Virus record (IMG/VR): IMGVR_UViG_3300031938_000004
Span: 1-54,798 of that record
DNA from: a virus
Lineage: Duplodnaviria > Caudoviricetes
Strand: one strand, 5' to 3'
DNA length: 54,798 bases
In this document: piece after piece, positions 52,391 through 54,798 of the stretch
How positions within the stretch are numbered: position 1 is the stretch's first letter
How the letters are laid out: each line of letters opens with the position of its first letter
Position numbers and translations under genes: made by a program
Notes under the pieces: generated by a model
The model's input: the letters and a program-made list of their open reading frames with translations, nothing else
What the model was told of the DNA's origin: nothing
The model's database searches: none

Positions 52391-53205
52391 TACTTCAAGA
52401 CCCCCACGATGCGATCTGCTGTGCTGTTGATGTAAGAGCGGGTTGAGGTGCGATTGCGCTCAAAGGCGGCGGTGATGTCATCGGTGTCGCCATTTTGCGT
52501 GCCGGCATCAATCTTCGCCGCGGCCAGAGCGGCATTGCTGAGGGTCTGCAAGTTGACGATCTGCGGGGCCACCAGCGTGAGCTTGATGAGATCCACCGTA
52601 AAGACCAATTGCCCATCGGTGGAAGCGTCCACCGGGAAGGTCAAGTTGGTGATAATCATGGACTCATATCGAAAATACTTGGTGATGACGGTGAACGGCA
52701 CAGGCGGCGTCGGCGGGTTGGCCGAAGCATTGCCCTCACGCAGCGCCAGAAGCGTCTGAAAAGCCTTTTTGGAGGGCTTGAGGGCATCGGTGCCCGTTGA
52801 GTAAAGAGCATAGGCGGTGCTCGCCAAAGTCACCCCCAAAGGCGGCATCAACGTGGTCGCGGCCGCGCCAAAGGTCTGCTTGAGCTGGCCGGTCATGGTG
52901 TCAGGCAATGGGGTGTCGCTGACAATCCCGGTCAAGCTCAGCGTTACCGGGCTCTGCACGATGTGGTCAGAGATGACCGAGCCATCCTCCAAAGGGAACA
53001 TGGTCGGGGTCGAGGCAAACGAGTGGGTCTCATTGATGACGGCATCAAACACCAAGACCGTGCCTGTGCCGGGCTTGATGAATTGCACGCGGTGCGGCTG
53101 CGCCTGCAGTTCTGACAAAAGGCCGGTAGACTGGGCAAGCCCTGCGCCGACGCCCTCGATGTTGATGATTGCGCCGTTGAGCGGCAGATTGTTAAGACCG
53201 GCCAT
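52390..53205 (-). CDS. Dit-like tail tube initiator / baseplate protein
   Basis: FDA.I.E.H..T..P.E.GS.ISDH..P..L.L.G.VSDTP, Y.SM.I..L; TGATG overlap with tape measure. Confidence 0.82.
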   Translation of the reverse strand: MAGLNNLPLNGAIINIEGVGAGLAQSTGLLSELQAQPHRVQFIKPGTGTVLVFDAVINETHSFASTPTMFPLEDGSVISDHIVQSPVTLSLTGIVSDTPLPDTMTGQLKQTFGAAATTLMPPLGVTLASTAYALYSTGTDALKPSKKAFQTLLALREGNASANPPTPPVPFTVITKYFRYESMIITNLTFPVDASTDGQLVFTVDLIKLTLVAPQIVNLQTLSNAALAAAKIDAGTQNGDTDDITAAFERNRTSTRSYINSTADRIVGVLK

Positions 53206-54798
53206 CAGTACCACATCCCCGGCGTTGAGGCCGCCTGCGTCTGGCGCAGAAGTTTGTCGTGGCTGTCTGCAATGCCATCTTGCACGGCCTGAAGCACCGG
53301 CTTGGTTTCAGCATTGCCCTCGATGTTGATGGTGATGGGCGCATTGATGACGGACGAAGAAGAGCCCGCTTGTCCAGCAGCCCCAAACGTGGGCCCGGCC
53401 GGGCGCAGCAGCGGCGAGGCCCCCTGCATCTGCATCATGTCAAACTGCGGCCCCGAAGCAGGAGCGCCCGGCGTGCCCACCAGATTGCCGTCCTTGTCCG
53501 TATAGCTGCGCCCGCCAAACAGATTCGAGGCACCATTGGCTATCATCTGGCCCAGATTGACAAACTTGCCCAAGAAAGAATCTTCAAACTTGTAGCCAAA
53601 CAGAAGCTTGAAGATGTCTTTGACGTACCCGAGCGTGATGTTGAGGCCATCGTTGACAAGGCCCAGGCCTGTGCGGCCAATCTCGGTGGCCAGATGCGCA
53701 ATGCTGACAAAGAACGCGTTAACATTCTTGAGAATATCGCGCCAAGGGCCGGTGAAGATTTTACTGAAGGCTGCGCCCACCGCCCCCAGGGCACCGCCCA
53801 AATCCTGCAGGTGCGCGGTCAGGGACACCACGGTGGTGAAAACGGCCTCGATGGCACCGAGCGCGGCCGGGAAGACCAGGACAAAGACCTCTTTGAGGAA
53901 GCGGCCGACAAACTCCAGATCCTTTTTGAGACTCGTGAACAGGCCGGTCTTCCGGTCAAAATCCAAAAGCTTATTGTAAAAGCGTAGCGCCACATCATAG
54001 GCGCCCTGGAAGGCCCCGACGATGGTCCCCAAGACGCCTGCGGTGGCGACAGCCCATCTCTTGAAGGTGGTGCGAATCAACTCGCGGTTGGCGCTGAGGA
54101 ATTTACTGAGGGCGCCAAACGCCTTGGTGATGCTTGGGGCCAAAGAGGCGGCCAATTGCTGGCTGAGGGTGGTCGCCTGCTGGCGCAGGCCCACCAGCGC
54201 CTGCTCAGAGCGCACCAGGGCTTCAAGCTGGGTGTCGGTGATGACCGAAGCATTGGCATCGGCGCTGCGGCTGAGCTGGGCAAGGCCGCCTGCGGTGGCA
54301 TTCAAGGAGGCCAGAAGCTTGGCGCCCTGATCCCCCAGCATCTCTTGGGCCAAGGCGGCCCGCCGCACCGGATCCTGGATCTGATTGAGGCTGCGGCCTA
54401 GGGCGTAAAGAGCATCCTCGGCATTGTGAAAGGAGCCCAACTGCTCGGGCGGGACGCCTGAATTGGCAAAAGCCAAGGCGGCCTGCTCGGAGCCCATCCG
54501 GGCATCATACAGCTTTTTGTTGAGGCTCTTGAGGGTGCTGCCCAAAGCCTCCTGGTTGATGCCAGACTGAGCCGCTGCATAGCTGAGCTTCTGGAATTCG
54601 TCAGTGGTCAGGCCCGCGGCGGCCGCGGTATTGCGCAGGTCCAATGCAAAGGTGCCGAACTGGTCGGTAAGGCTGGCCAATCCTTTGAGGGCCTCGATGC
54701 CCACCAAGAGGTTGAGCCGGCTCTTGATGCCGGCGATGGCCGAATTCACCTTATCGAGAGGCTTGGTGTCTGTCACGAAGCTGAGCTTGGTTACAAGC
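53205..54798 (-). CDS. Tape measure protein (536 aa including the part across the origin)
   Basis: Ala/Leu-rich helical protein between chaperone and Dit-like gene; real start at 163. Confidence 0.9.
   Translation of the reverse strand, partial: LVTKLSFVTDTKPLDKVNSAIAGIKSRLNLLVGIEALKGLASLTDQFGTFALDLRNTAAAAGLTTDEFQKLSYAAAQSGINQEALGSTLKSLNKKLYDARMGSEQAALAFANSGVPPEQLGSFHNAEDALYALGRSLNQIQDPVRRAALAQEMLGDQGAKLLASLNATAGGLAQLSRSADANASVITDTQLEALVRSEQALVGLRQQATTLSQQLAASLAPSITKAFGALSKFLSANRELIRTTFKRWAVATAGVLGTIVGAFQGAYDVALRFYNKLLDFDRKTGLFTSLKKDLEFVGRFLKEVFVLVFPAALGAIEAVFTTVVSLTAHLQDLGGALGAVGAAFSKIFTGPWRDILKNVNAFFVSIAHLATEIGRTGLGLVNDGLNITLGYVKDIFKLLFGYKFEDSFLGKFVNLGQMIANGASNLFGGRSYTDKDGNLVGTPGAPASGPQFDMMQMQGASPLLRPAGPTFGAAGQAGSSSSVINAPITINIEGNAETKPVLQAVQDGIADSHDKLLRQTQAASTPGMWY
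54653..54798. repeat. Terminal direct repeat, right copy
   Basis: 146-bp match to 1-146 with one mismatch. Confidence 0.97.

Overview
The window is an apparently complete, circularly assembled, GC-rich tailed-phage genome. Bases 1-146 repeat at 54653-54798 with one mismatch, giving a unit length of about 54,652 bp. It is a contractile-tailed (myovirus-type) phage. Recognisable genes include terminase, portal, MuF-type head protein, XkdF-type prohead protease, scaffold, decoration and major capsid proteins, neck, sheath, tube, tail chaperone with a -1 frameshift, tape measure (spanning the origin), baseplate and tail fibre. It also encodes SSB, a Sak4/AAA_24-like ATPase, two replication-initiator-like genes, C5 and N6 DNA methyltransferases, a RecU-like nuclease and a GH108 endolysin. 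I saw no integrase, DNA polymerase, tRNA or CRISPR array. Two sigma70-region-4-like paralogues and a PhaR-like gene suggest a Myxococcota-like host (inference). Main observations: (1) a lipoprotein-signal gene between the baseplate hub and spike genes whose motif order resembles bacterial gasdermin pore-formers; (2) a prohead protease expressed as a polyprotein carrying an R-S-ExE ADP-ribosyltransferase, with repeated WxExKHPR tags and K-[AST] candidate cleavage sites; (3) a cargo island with a ricin-lectin/lytic transglycosylase and a thaumatin-like protein; (4) many Pro/Ser-rich ORFs with RxxS motifs; (5) a dispersed 15-bp operator-like motif. All family assignments come from motif recognition by eye; no searches were run.
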